Positions 50,804 to 64,000 of a stretch of 64,000 bases of DNA are shown one piece after another. Below the pieces are notes generated by a model. The model was given only the letters and a program-made list of their open reading frames with translations, did not search any database and was not told where the DNA came from. Positions within the stretch are counted from its first letter, which is position 1, and each line of letters opens with the position of its first letter. The stretch spans positions 60,822,001 to 60,886,000 of the forward strand of contig OX597823.1 in NCBI GenBank assembly GCA_951406725.2, written 5' to 3'. The stretch is from Octopus vulgaris (lineage: Eukaryota). A program made the position numbers and the translations under genes.

Positions 50804-51621
50804 TGTGTGTGTATGTACATATGTTTGTACATATGTATGTCTATTTATTTATTTATTTATTTATTTATGTATGTAATGCTTGATATTCTTTTTTCTGCTG
50901 TTTACATTTTCTCTATGACAACAGACTTCTTTACATTCACAGATCATTTTTGTTCCTACTGAAACAGTAAATAATTGCCTAATTACAAAATTGAGATAGT
51001 GATAAATGTCATTCAGGTAATTATTTTCTCAGCAACCTCCAAGGGAGACAGTTGCACAGATGCAACATTCTTCAGTATGATAATGTAATTTATTTAAACA
51101 TAATAGATGAATATTATTCATATCTTTGGCACACTTTATTAATGTATATACACACACACACACACACACATACTTTATTAATGTATATACGCACGTCTTT
51201 CGGCACACATTATTAATGTGCATACATGAATAACAAGTGTGTCAGCAGCGTTCAACTGTATGTAGAAGTCTATCCAATAAACACTGAATAACCTTTTACC
51301 TGAGAATAGGCTGAGAAAATATATCACATTGCAAATTCACAAATATTTCAGCAAAATGATTAATCTTGAACTGATGTTTTGAATTTTCATTCCAAGACAT
51401 TCTTTCATGTCAATTGGTCAACTGCACTAAACTTTCACTTTGCTCACCATAATATTTAGGCATATGGTTCTGTTTGATTTCTTCTATTCACTGATAGGAA
51501 CTGCTGTCATTCAATTTCCAAAACTAATAATATTCATTTAACTTATTCAGCTATTTCTCGTACTGAGATGGTGTGTTTAGTTCAACATTAAAACTGAAAA
51601 TACCTTTTGGTTTTTTACTAA

Positions 51622-51654
<33 letters not shown>

Positions 51655-51655
51655 C

Positions 51656-51686
<31 letters not shown>

Positions 51687-52830
51687 GATTATTTGAAGTC
51701 TTTATGTTTCCTTATTCCAGTTTTTATTTCCTTTACTTGCTTTTTGAATTAGGTTGAGAAAGACACAGAAATAAACTTTTATATTCTCATCCACACTGAC
51801 TAAATACAACCGCATACATAGTCACATGTGTCTCTACACAGAGAGTTTATACACAGCAACTTGTGTCTATATGTTTATACATGCATTCATGCACATTATT
51901 GTCCCTCAGGGCCAAGTAAGATTATCCATTCATGTGCACCATTTCTTCTACTTTAAAAGAAATTATGTGGAGACATCTATAAATGTGCACATTTACCCAA
52001 CACTCTCTCTCTCTCTCCTTTTCTCCCTCTTTCACTCCTTCCCCCTCATATTCTCTTTCCTGTCTCTTTCTCTTTCAATACAGTTATCTCTTAAAAGTTA
52101 CTACCATATTTTCAAGAGTTAATTTTAAGTCTTTAATTTTGTTAAAGATTGTTATTTATGTAATGGTTATTTATTCTTTGCTGAGAATATTACTGATTTA
52201 AAATGTATGTGTGTGAATAGGTCTTATATGAGATTATTTTTTATTGAGAAAATTACCTGTAATTTATCTTAAATTTCATTTATTCATTGAACTCGTATTA
52301 CAAGAAATCTCATTGAATTTTCTTTGAAAAGTCTGTATTCTTTTAGTGCAAATTATCTTTAACAAAAGCAGTTGTCATTTTTCAACAATCAGCCAGGTTA
52401 ACGCCAGTAATTTTTTTATTTAATCATTATTTCTTTTTTTACAGCTGTCAGTTTTCATAACAATTTGCTTTAAGCAAAATTTATTTTTAGTTGCAAACCA
52501 TTAACCATTACTCTTTTCATAATAATAAATATAATAATTGTAAAACAACCATCATCATCATCATTATCACCACCACCTCCACCACCACCTCCACCACCAC
52601 CATGAACCAGAACACATCATCAATTTTCATATTAAGTGATGCAACGGCAGAGCTTCCTTCCTGCCCTACCCTAAGATATTAGAATGCTCTTCTTGTTGAT
52701 TTTCAGCTATCTAACTTGACTGATATATTTGAACATCACACAACACCTATCATTATGTGATTTGTAATCTTTTACCTCAAGAGTCAATTGCATCAGTCAT
52801 AATTATTTCATGTATATTACACACTAATAT

Positions 52831-52930
52831 AGGCACAGGTATGGCTTTGTGGTAAGAAGTTTGCTTCTCAACAAAATGGTCTTGGAATTTGTGAGTAGAT
52901 TTGGTTGGCGGAATCTGAAAGAAGCCCATT
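52831..52930 (+). mobile_element. SINE family A head with internal deletion
   Basis: TGGCTTTGTGGTAAGAAGTTTGCTTC...TTGTGAGTAGATTTGG...CTGAAAGAAGCCC. Confidence 0.75.
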
Positions 52931-54302
52931 GTGTGTGTATGTATGTGTGTATGTGTGTGCACATAACTCCTTGAAGAAGGTGCTTCTTTTCCATTTACCG
53001 AAGTGAATGGATCTTTGGCCAGAAGAAACTGATGTCGTCAGACGGTATCCAACGATCATCAGGTGTTTTGATCCTGGACTGCAACACCCTCCTGGTGGTT
53101 GGTCAACAGAGATGGCCAAACTCCTGGCTTCCACTGTAACTCCTGTGCACAGATATGTATTAGATATGTAAGAACTGAATTGTATAGTATGTTCTTTATT
53201 GTGTTTTGTTATGCATGTGAACAAGTGTTTGGCAACAAACCAGTCTGTGGTGCTGTAAAGTTTAGGGGACTGCTACTATAAGCAATTTAACTATGTTAAA
53301 TGATGTTATGCAGAGAAAATTATCTCTTTAATACATTTAACTGAATGTGTTATTCAAAGTCTCAGAATGGAAATATCTCTAATAACTAGCGGAGCCTTAA
53401 AATACCAAACTTATCTTCCCAATTCATGGTGCAGGAAATAAATACTTCATAATTTTCAAACATATATTTGATAAATATATCTTCACAAAGAGATGTTGTA
53501 CAGGTGTTTGGGAGGCTGTCAAGAATTAAATTCCATCAGTTGATATGGGATTTTTAAAGTTTCTTTCATTTAAGTTTGACTATTCCTTAGAAAGCTGTTT
53601 ATTTGTAGAATGTCGAAGCAAGGCTGTCAGTTTGAAAAATAACATTCTGATCAAGAACAAAGCAAACTATCATAAGGAAATTAGTTTGTCGGAGAGGACA
53701 GCACAGTGTTTGCAAAATGAAGTAACTGCAAAAATTATCTTTGTAACATTGAAACACTGTGGAAGAAAAATCTGCTTATCGGCTGTGTAGAAGTAAATGT
53801 TTCCATTGCAATTTCCTGAGGAAGGGATCAACTCTTAATTGAAGTTGTGATAAGTTTATTCCATGAATAGGTTTTTCAAAATGATTTTGGTTTTTACTTA
53901 AAAATTTTTTTAGAAAGACTGACAGATTCCCTTTTAATATCAAAGATCTGTCAATCATAGATAGCTTAAATTTTCTTCATTGAAGATACACTCTATTACA
54001 GCTCTTAAATTCAGTTGAAACTGTTTGTTATAGGTTTTCATAAAAAAATAAATTTATTGAATTATAATGAAGAATTAAGGTGTTGAAAATAATTGTTAAA
54101 ATAAGAATAGAAATTGGAAGAACTATTTATATCGAGTTTTAAAATAAATTCCCAACCTGGAAGAATTATTATATAGGTTTTGTCTAAGCCATGCAAGCAT
54201 GGCAAACAGATGCTGAATAATATTGATGATGGTATTTCGTTCATGCTACTAAAGCTGTGTATATTGAAATATAAATGCTAAATGTTTATGTAGAGTCCCT
54301 TT

Positions 54303-54525
54303 TTAACCCCCTATCAAGCAGATTACTCTGTCAAATGTATTATTTATATAATCACATTGTTTTGGATTAATCATGTATTATCTCAGAGCTTCAAGATGTT
54401 GATAGATAGTGTGAATGTTTAATTTTACAATGACATTATAGGGTAAGTTTGAGAAGTCAGATCTGGTTATTTTGAATGTAAAACAGATACAATATTTGGA
54501 CTGAAAATTAACCCTAAAGGGTTAA
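54303..54525 (+). mobile_element. TTAA-flanked MITE
   Basis: TTAACCC...CAGATTACTCTGTCAAATGTA...AAAGGGTTAA. Confidence 0.8.
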
Positions 54526-54954
54526 TTTTATATCATGGGTGCAAGGTATTTTGTAGTCCTTTAGAAGTGTTGGATTTCCCATTTTAAGCAATATACTACA
54601 TGGAAAATATACTGCAAATAATATCTAAACGACTGTTTTTTACTCAAGTCTTACAATTCTCATTTTCATTTCAGTTAAATGAAATTGCTTGTAAAAACTA
54701 TTTGTAATACTTAAAAAGAAAACAAAAAGAGTATTCTATGGATATCAAGAGAATATTACAAATTGATACTAGCATTTCATGAGGTTGTATTTTGCAGACG
54801 TATTGTTATTCTCATTTAATTCTTATATATTAAATGGAATGTGCAGATGTTCTTAATAGAGAACATAAATAGCTATTAGATGTAGTTTTATTCTCATTAG
54901 TATTTACTTTTTTTTATTCTAATGTTACTTTCATGCATACTTCCATTAACTATA

Positions 54955-56580
54955 CTAGCAGAAAGACTGCCCTCTGGGCAGTTTTCTGCTCTCCACTTGA
55001 TGATATTTTCACATTTGATTCCCAATTCTAATGATTCTTATGATATTTTACATCTAATTATTTCTCTGTATTATAGTGCCCACTTGCTTTTATTATTTTA
55101 AATATTGCTTTCATTATTTTATCACAATCATAATTTCTCTCTTTTAAGCAAACATCAAGGTAGTCCAACTACATGAGCGTGTAGCAGTTTGTCAAGTTTT
55201 ACCTTCCCCTCAAAGAAACATAGAGATTTCAGTTCAGCAGCACATCTGTAAGCTTTGCAGTGTGTATGTGTGTGAAAGAGAGAGAGGGTGGGGAGAAAGA
55301 ACATTGCAAGCTATGAATGAAACAAACAAGGGCATAAATACAGATGTATAGCTCACCCAACTTTGTTGCCTCATAATTGGATAGTTCTTAACGAAATTTT
55401 CTACAAATACTACTTAGATGATATGGATTCAGAGTATGTAGGGGTTCATAGGAAAGAATTTTTCCAAGGGGGTGGAGAGAGGAGTTTATGAAAATTCACA
55501 TGATCCAAATTTTTCTCTCATAACTTGCAGGAAAATGGCTTTCTGTTAATGAAAGTTTATACAAATACCTTTTAAACTGCACAGATTATGATTATAAAGA
55601 AATTTATGGGGAGGGGTGTTTCGGTAAAATGAAGTTTTGGATCAAGAAGATCAAATAAATTAGAACTACTCTGTTTTGGCAGGGATTTCCCCCCATTTTT
55701 TTAAAACCACAGTCTTTGAAATGATGGAAGTGAAGTGCATCTTTGAATGAAAAAAGTTTGGAAAATTTTTTTACAACCACATCTCCTCCCACCCTCATCA
55801 TCACACTCCAGACCTATTTGGCCAATTTTTTTTTCACTTTCAGTAAAAAAATTTTTTTAGTTGTTAATATTTTCAGAGGGAAAAGTGAGTGATTTAAGGG
55901 AGATTTGGCTGTTGTTTCTAGCACATCCCAAGACAATCCTCCTCATTTCTTTATCACTCTCTTATGCATTGATGTTTTTCAATATTTTTCTCCCCATAAA
56001 TACATTTATATGCTAATAAAATTTGAAAAATTACAATTTTTTTGCAACCCCACTCCCTGCACTCTATTGTTTCTGTTTACAATTCAAAATGTTGGAGAGC
56101 CTGAGAAGGTCATTGCTGTGATTTTAAAAAAATGAGTTATGTAAACAATAATTCATTTTAATAGCATACTATTCTGTAAGAAAATGTTTTTTCTTACACA
56201 CACTCATGGCTTCACTTGAATGAGATGGGGGTAAAAATTTAGATTACAATTTTTTTTTGTTTCTTATATTCTATCAATGGACCTTGTGTGTGATACTTTG
56301 GCATCATCATTCCATAAAATGTGTTTAACGGGACAAAAATATTGGAAAAGCATCAATACATGTGAGTGAAAACAGAGGGTGGTTTAGGTTGTGCTAGAAA
56401 CAACTGCTGAACCTTCCTTGAATTATTCACCTTGTCCTCCAAAAATATTTGCAATTTTTTTTTTTTTTTACTAAAAAGTCTCCTCCCATGGTTTTTAAGT
56501 TAAAAACAAAAAATTGGCCAGAGGAAGCAGGGGGGGGGGATTTTCAAAACTTCTTTCTTCATAAAATTATGTCTCCCCAT
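54955..56580 (-). mobile_element. Helitron-like non-autonomous element (3' end at 54955)
   Basis: On the minus strand a GC-rich hairpin (54957-54990) ends in CTAG followed by T, the Helitron 3' signature. The far boundary is a guess from composition. Confidence 0.45.
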
Positions 56581-56992
56581 CACTTTGACTTTGCATGTGG
56601 GACCCAGTTGGAATTCTCTTCAGGTCAAGTAGCTCATCCCACTCAAAAGGTCCCCAAATAAAGTTTGTTTAAGTATGATGAACAAAACACACGTTTCCAG
56701 AGGTGAATTATTCAAACCCCCAAAAGTTCCTCTTGACGCTTAGCTTTTATGCTCTCCCACTACTCCTGCTCGTGATCAGAGGTGCACATATCATCAGCCA
56801 TTAAAGAACATGCTCAACTGGTTATGGTCAAGGTCGAGCAACTGACAAGCAAATCTGTGGTATTGAGCAGAATATTTGCTATAGCCCATCTTTTATACCA
56901 AGACAAAACAATGTACATGATAAGACTTTCAATCGCTTAAGATCAGAAGCCCTGAGAGCCACTGTCTGGTACTGCATCAGAACATTTATTAT

Positions 56993-57981
<989 letters not shown>

Positions 57982-58034
57982 TGCATGAGGATTTCAATTG
58001 ATTTGTCTTTAGAAGGATAACAATGACCAGCACG

Positions 58035-58210
58035 ATCTGTTGTTTGAGAATTTCACTTTGTAATTGTGGGGTCCCAGGTTTGATCCCTTGGGGGCAACTG
58101 TCTTTTGTCCTAGCTTCAGACGGAAGTTGTGGAAACCTATCAGATTGGTTGTGCTTGTGATTTAAAGGTTCACCTTTATCACACTTTGTCATGTTGATTC
58201 TGCTTGAGAA
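58035..58210 (+). mobile_element. Degraded tRNA-derived SINE (family A-related)
   Basis: B-box-like GGTTTGATCCC then GGGCAACTGTCTT. Confidence 0.5.
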
Positions 58211-59934
58211 ATATATTACGGGTATACGTGTGTGTATGTGTGTGATATTCAACCACTTTCAAGCTAATTCAATAAATCAGGTAGTTCAATTAATCAGACT
58301 ACTAAATGCTCGTTACTGAAACTGACGGAGATCCATTGTTGTTACTATAATCAAATTTAATCAGACAATACTTATTAAATAAGTATGAAATGAGTTTGTT
58401 AAAGTTTTAGCTATGGAGCTGTCAATTAAGGAACCAGTAATTAGATCTATGATTGCAATGAATGGCTATAGAGTCAGCTTGCTTAAATGTTAACTTCAGT
58501 TCTATGTCCCTGGATGCAGTATCAAAAATAGGTTAGGTTTAATGTGGGCTGATGTGCTTTGGTGAAACAGAGAGAAGGGTGGGGGTGGGGAGAGAATAGC
58601 TGCTGAACATTAGAATAACCAACTTGTTATTGATACAATGAAATTGAACTTCATTTTAATTAATTTCTCTAAAATATTAGGAGACAAAAGGAAAATGAAT
58701 ATTAAAAATATAACAAACTTCTGATACCTTGGAAAACTGAAAAAATGAGAAGGGCAATTTTAGATTATATTGGTGATAATCAATAAATCTATTGGTTTAT
58801 ATTCTGTGTGTGTGTGTGTTGACATGTACACGTTCTCTTTTTTTTTTTTTTTTTTCTTTGGGTGTTATTTTTACAAACTGATTTCAAACTAAGAAACAAA
58901 GCTATATCATTGGGATGACTCTATAACAAAATAAGTGTAAAACTACATGCTGATTTTGAGAATATCTTTGCTTTGCTTATTATCCCTGTTGTGCTAACAG
59001 AATGAATTGGAAACCTATTAGCTGGTCGCTTTGCCTGCAAAGCTCAGCTCTTCGATAATATTACTTTAGGCCAGCACGTTATCAGAATCCTTAGAGATGT
59101 GGATGAAGTACATTGTGATAATTCATTCACACCACACATCACTTTATGTTATGTGATATAATGATTTAGAGTCTAATAAAGGTTACACTTCTTAATGAAA
59201 ATATTTTTGGTTTGCCATCAATTCATATTTCCTCTCTAGCACTGCATTGTATGCAAAGCCAGGAACCGGTTTATCTCAATGAAAATAGGGCTCAAAGATT
59301 AAGAACATTTTCCTATAGTATCATGCAGCATCGGCTATATGATATTAACAAGTTCTTCTTGCAGTGCTGTGTTCAACTCCTCATGTGTCTGTGGTAAGAA
59401 AATTTGGTAATAGGCCTGATCTTCCATTGTCAGCAGTATCTTCTGTTTACATAATTGGCTATCCACTATACAAGAGATGTTATGCACTCAGAACTGGCCA
59501 ATGCTTTTTATCATTAGTAACTTTGGTAACTTGTTCTTGCATGGGCAGCATTCTCGTTAGCTTTGACATTGCATCTAGCTTGAATCTCATTGGTGTGGGG
59601 ATTGTGTTTTTTTTTTTTTTGTAAAAGGTCCTCAAATATGGTAAAGCTCTCAAGCTTTATTTTTGTGATTCCAAAGAATGGACAAGTTTGGTCTTCTCAA
59701 AGTATGTCCATTCAAAATTAATCTTATTGGATGTAATGTGCTATCAACTAAAGAAGTCTGCACTCTAGCAAAAATTGATGTTTTCTTATCTTCCTGGAAA
59801 ATTAACTCTGAATATAAATCATAAAAGAAACAACACTTGAAGTGATGAAAGGAGGAAGTAAGCATGGCAGGACGGGGTGAGGGTGGGAGGTTATTTGTCA
59901 AAAGTGTTGATGTTGATTTTTTATTTTTTGGCCA

Positions 59935-60305
59935 TTCTTTTATTCTTTTACTTGTTTCAGTCATTTGACTGCGACCATGCTGGAGCACCACCTTGAAGGG
60001 TTAGGACTTTGTTTTTAAAGCCTAGTACTTATTCTATTGTCACTTTTGCCGAACTGATAAGTTACAGGGATATAAACACACCAACACCAGTTGCCAAACT
60101 ATGATAGAAGGATATACATAGATTCAAAGGCACACACACACACACACACACACATACATACATACACAGGCTTCTTTCAGATTCTGTCTACCAAATCCAC
60201 TTACAAGGCTTTGGTCAGTCGGGGGCTTTAGTGTCATGCAGTGGGACTGAACCCAGAACCATGTGGTTAGGAAGCAAGCTTCTTACGACACAGCCACACC
60301 TGCAC
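59935..60305 (-). mobile_element. SINE family A
   Basis: CTTTTACTTGTTTCAGTCATTTGACTGCG...(CA)n...GGGACTGAACCCAGAACCATGTGG...CACAGCCAC. Confidence 0.9.
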
Positions 60306-61092
60306 CTTTGATAAAGAAATCTAATTAAGATCAATTCCTTCAATTACAACACCTACAATACAATGATCTTGCAGTTGATGGACATGAAAGTAGTTTCAGT
60401 AGTGCATCGGTGAAGTACAGACAATATAGTACTTTGTGTGTGCTACATTAACGAAGATTTATTTTACATTCACTGATAATACCTATATTTATGCAAATTC
60501 AGACATGTAAATATTCTCCTAGAATATGTAGATTCTGATTCTAAGAATAATCAGTGTCACACGTTGGATATATGAAGGTGTCATACTTGAGTATACGACA
60601 AGATGCATCCAATGGAATTTTAGCACTCCATCAATGAAACAGGCATCTTGTGCTGTTTGGAGTATATCTACTTGTTTTGAAATAATTAACAGCATAAAGC
60701 TGGTGCCTAAATATCTGTCTCTTCACATTTCGCTTGGAAAGATTAGTCGCTGTTTTATTTCTCATTTCACTGAAGGTCATTTTGTAACAATGAGTTTTTG
60801 CTGTGATATCATTTATCACTATTTATTTATTTATGTTTCCGTTGTGATTGTCTGTTTCACAAATATCATATTCTTCTGAAATCTGTACAATCACTCAAAC
60901 CAATAGATATGGCAGCGCCAAATTTCTCTCTTGTTTTTCGTTTTCATTAAAAAAAAAAGAAAAATCTTTGGATTTGTACGCTGAGCCTGAAAAGAAAAAG
61001 AATAAGAAATCAAAAACAAATATGGAATGGAATAGTCATGGCAGGAATTCTTTTGCTAATAGGTCTGCCCATCCAGATGACCTGGTGCTAAA

Positions 61093-61151
<59 letters not shown>

Positions 61152-61185
61152 CACCACCACCACCACCACCACCACTACCACCACC
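61093..61185 (+). repeat. Compound (CTA)n(CCA)n microsatellite
   Basis: Directly visible; source of the poly-L/poly-P ORF. Confidence 0.95.
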
Positions 61186-62093
61186 TGCTTAGTGTGTTCT
61201 TGAGTATGTTTGAATAAATGTAAATCAATAATCGTTAATTTTACTGTTTCTTTTCTCTAACATATCCATTAATTGACATTCCCCATTCTTGAAAATGAGT
61301 CAGATTATGTCCAAAAGAAAAAACAAAAAAATAAAAATAAAATAAAAATAAAAAAAAAGATAAATAAAATAAAAAGCTTACATTACACTTTTGCTGGTTC
61401 CAGCTACTAGTGGGCTGTGGCCATCAAACATTCATCAATTACACTAACCCTGCCACCCCCGTCACTCCTATCCCACCCACCCCACACTTTTTATCATTAG
61501 CTTCTAGATTTGATGAGCATCGGAATTGGAGTTCTATTTCAGTCATGTACAGTGTAATTATATTTATAGCTCCTCATAATTAGATCCTTGCTGGATGATT
61601 AAAGATGTGCTTTCACACTTGTAAATGTCTTCACCTTATTGACAAAGCATTAACTACCTCTAAAGAGCCTAACAACTCTAAATTTGGCTGCTTAACATTC
61701 CTACCTTACAACTAACTCGGTTTCGGGTTTTCTTTATTATTTCTCCAGCAAATATTCTGCCTCTCCAGATCATAGGTGAAATGTTTAGGAGAATGAATTA
61801 TTTTCATCTCACGTTTATGTTGCTAATGCTATTAGCAAAGGCATGAGTACGTGTTTCTTTTGGATTCATTCTTAGGTAAGAGATAATTGTATTATTATTT
61901 TACATTAATCATGTAACCTCACACACTCAGGCTCAATATTTTATAAATGCGTAAAATAAATTTGAAAAATGAATTTACTGTGTACATATTTATCATGGCT
62001 CTTTTGTAGAGAATGGCTGAGAGTCATTTAAATTAAAACTTAATTATCAACATCAATTTGTGTATGTTTGCATATCACACACATACTCACACA

Positions 62094-62127
<34 letters not shown>

Positions 62128-63724
62128 TATATACACATACATACACACAGGTATGTAGGTACGTATGTATGTGTGTATGAAGCAAGCAAGAAATAATTTT
62201 TCAAATCTTTAGTCTTGTGAATATTATAGTTAGTGAGAAATGTTCAATGCCAATATTGTTTTTGAACAATGTTATTGTAGTACTAAACATTCTTGGCTGC
62301 ACTATGCCACTTAGTCAACAGTTACAAGTTATGGCCTACTGACCCTATTATCTTGAATATGATATCTAGGCATTTTGCCAATAGAAGATATCTTTGACAG
62401 CATATCAGGAACAATTTCATTTCATGTTGCAGACATCATATCTAAATTGATTGTAGTGGTTGAGCTTTCTTTCTTAATAAAAATAGCTCTATTCTACTGC
62501 TCCATTTCCAATAGCACTTGCATCCTGCATTTCCCCCTCTCACTCCAGAGCTGATTATTTAAAGAGCATCTCTATTAGATAAATGAAATAGTCTTCATTC
62601 TTTTTATCTTCACCTTCCTGAAGGTGTCTGGTTTTTGCTTTTTCTATAATGTCATATAGTGGCTGAATAGTTAGTATGATGGTCTATTGATTCCGAGTTG
62701 CTGAACTTTAAACCCTGTAATGGGCATTGTATAACCCTCACTTGATCTGCTTGAAATATGTAGTAACTTTCTCTTTTATGATTGAGTGTTGTTAGGGAGA
62801 ACACCTAAGCTATAAACGATTTCCTTCAATAATTCAAGCATATTATTGTATGGTTTCATAAATCCAAACATTTTTTCCTGAATTATTGGGGCTAATAGTT
62901 ATATACTATATAACTGCAGGCTCTTCCAAATGTCATTTCTGTATACCTTGTATGTGAGCATTTTGCTTGTTTACCAGCTTGCTACTGTGAAACATTTAAG
63001 AGTTCTCAAGACAGCATTTGTACCTGTGACCACCAGTCAAATATTCAAACTAGCCAGTCGTGTCATCTGTTTAGAACTCTAGTAAGACAGAAGATATATA
63101 TATATAGCAAATTTTTAGTAGTGGGTTGTTTTCTACAGTGAACAAACAGATCAACATTCTTTTGACCTTTTCGTTTGTAAGTTTCCATAATTCTTTGTTA
63201 CATGCAATTGGTTCTAATAGAAAAAACTGTGACAACTAATCCATGAATTCTCATTTATCTACACTGTGTATGATGAGTAAGATTCTGTATTGTATATAAG
63301 TTGAGTTTAGAAAGTGATTTTAGAATTGATCTAGATTTGCTCTGAATATAATTTGGATGATGAGAGAAACCGAAATGTTTACAAGAACTACTGCTTGTAT
63401 TTTATAGCTAATTATCTCTAAATAACATGTAGGAACATGGCTAAGGCTACATGTGAGAATGAAGTAATTTTTCTTTTTCCAAAAGAATACTCGTACTGTC
63501 TGCTGTCTGGGAATTATATTAATTACCTTTGAAAATAGTTATTGTAATGACTTCATAAATGAATATTTCGATGAAAAATATCTTGGTAACCTAAATGTTT
63601 AAGCACCAGACCTATTTTGAAGCATATATTAAGAAATATATGGTGTAAAATGTTTTTGAAAATAGTTGTAAACATGTCTGTATATAAAGACACCAGTGGT
63701 AGATATGATTTTTTTTTTTGGAGA

Positions 63725-63885
63725 TGCAAGTGTGGCTCTCTGGTTTTAAAGTTCACTTCATAACCCCTTGGTTTCAGGTTCCATTCCATTATGTAACTTC
63801 ATAGCCAGGTGACTTCCACTATAACTCTGGGCTAGCAAATTTCTTAGGTTTGAAATTTGGTAGATGGAAAGTTTTCTGAAGCCCA
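63725..63885 (+). mobile_element. SINE family A head, degraded
   Basis: TGGCTCTCTGG...GGTTCCATTCC...CTTCCACTATA...TTTGGTAGATGGAAA...GAAGCCC. Confidence 0.65.
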
Positions 63886-64000
63886 GAGAGGGAGAGAGAG
63901 AAAGTGTGTGTGTAAATGTTTACTCATGTCTTTGCAGTATCACTAATTGAATGAAGTCAAGGACAGTATTTACTTTCCTTATGAATAATATGTCCTATAG

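Overview
AT-rich, microsatellite-dense animal genomic DNA with no recognisable intact protein-coding gene. The SINE and MITE families resemble those of Octopus (inference from recall, not a database match). The ORF track is mostly simple-repeat noise; the only protein-like signals are decayed Tc1/mariner transposases, an L1/Tx1-like LINE and a CR1-like LINE. Candidate + strand splice signals and a minus-strand SINE bias suggest the window lies inside a very long intron of a + strand gene. The most interesting object is a young, non-coding ~857-bp element in 2.25 tandem copies (29337-31261), inserted in the (TA)n tract of a SINE. On the minus strand, each of its three repeated ends carries all hammerhead ribozyme core motifs (CUGAAGA, GAAA, AUC) with abutting stems. 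Their strand order matches none of hammerhead types I, II or III and implies a pseudoknotted fold. Other candidates are a strong recursive-splicing site, in-frame microexons (two with GC donors), several structured segments and local templated duplications. Repeat boundaries were set by eye and are approximate.
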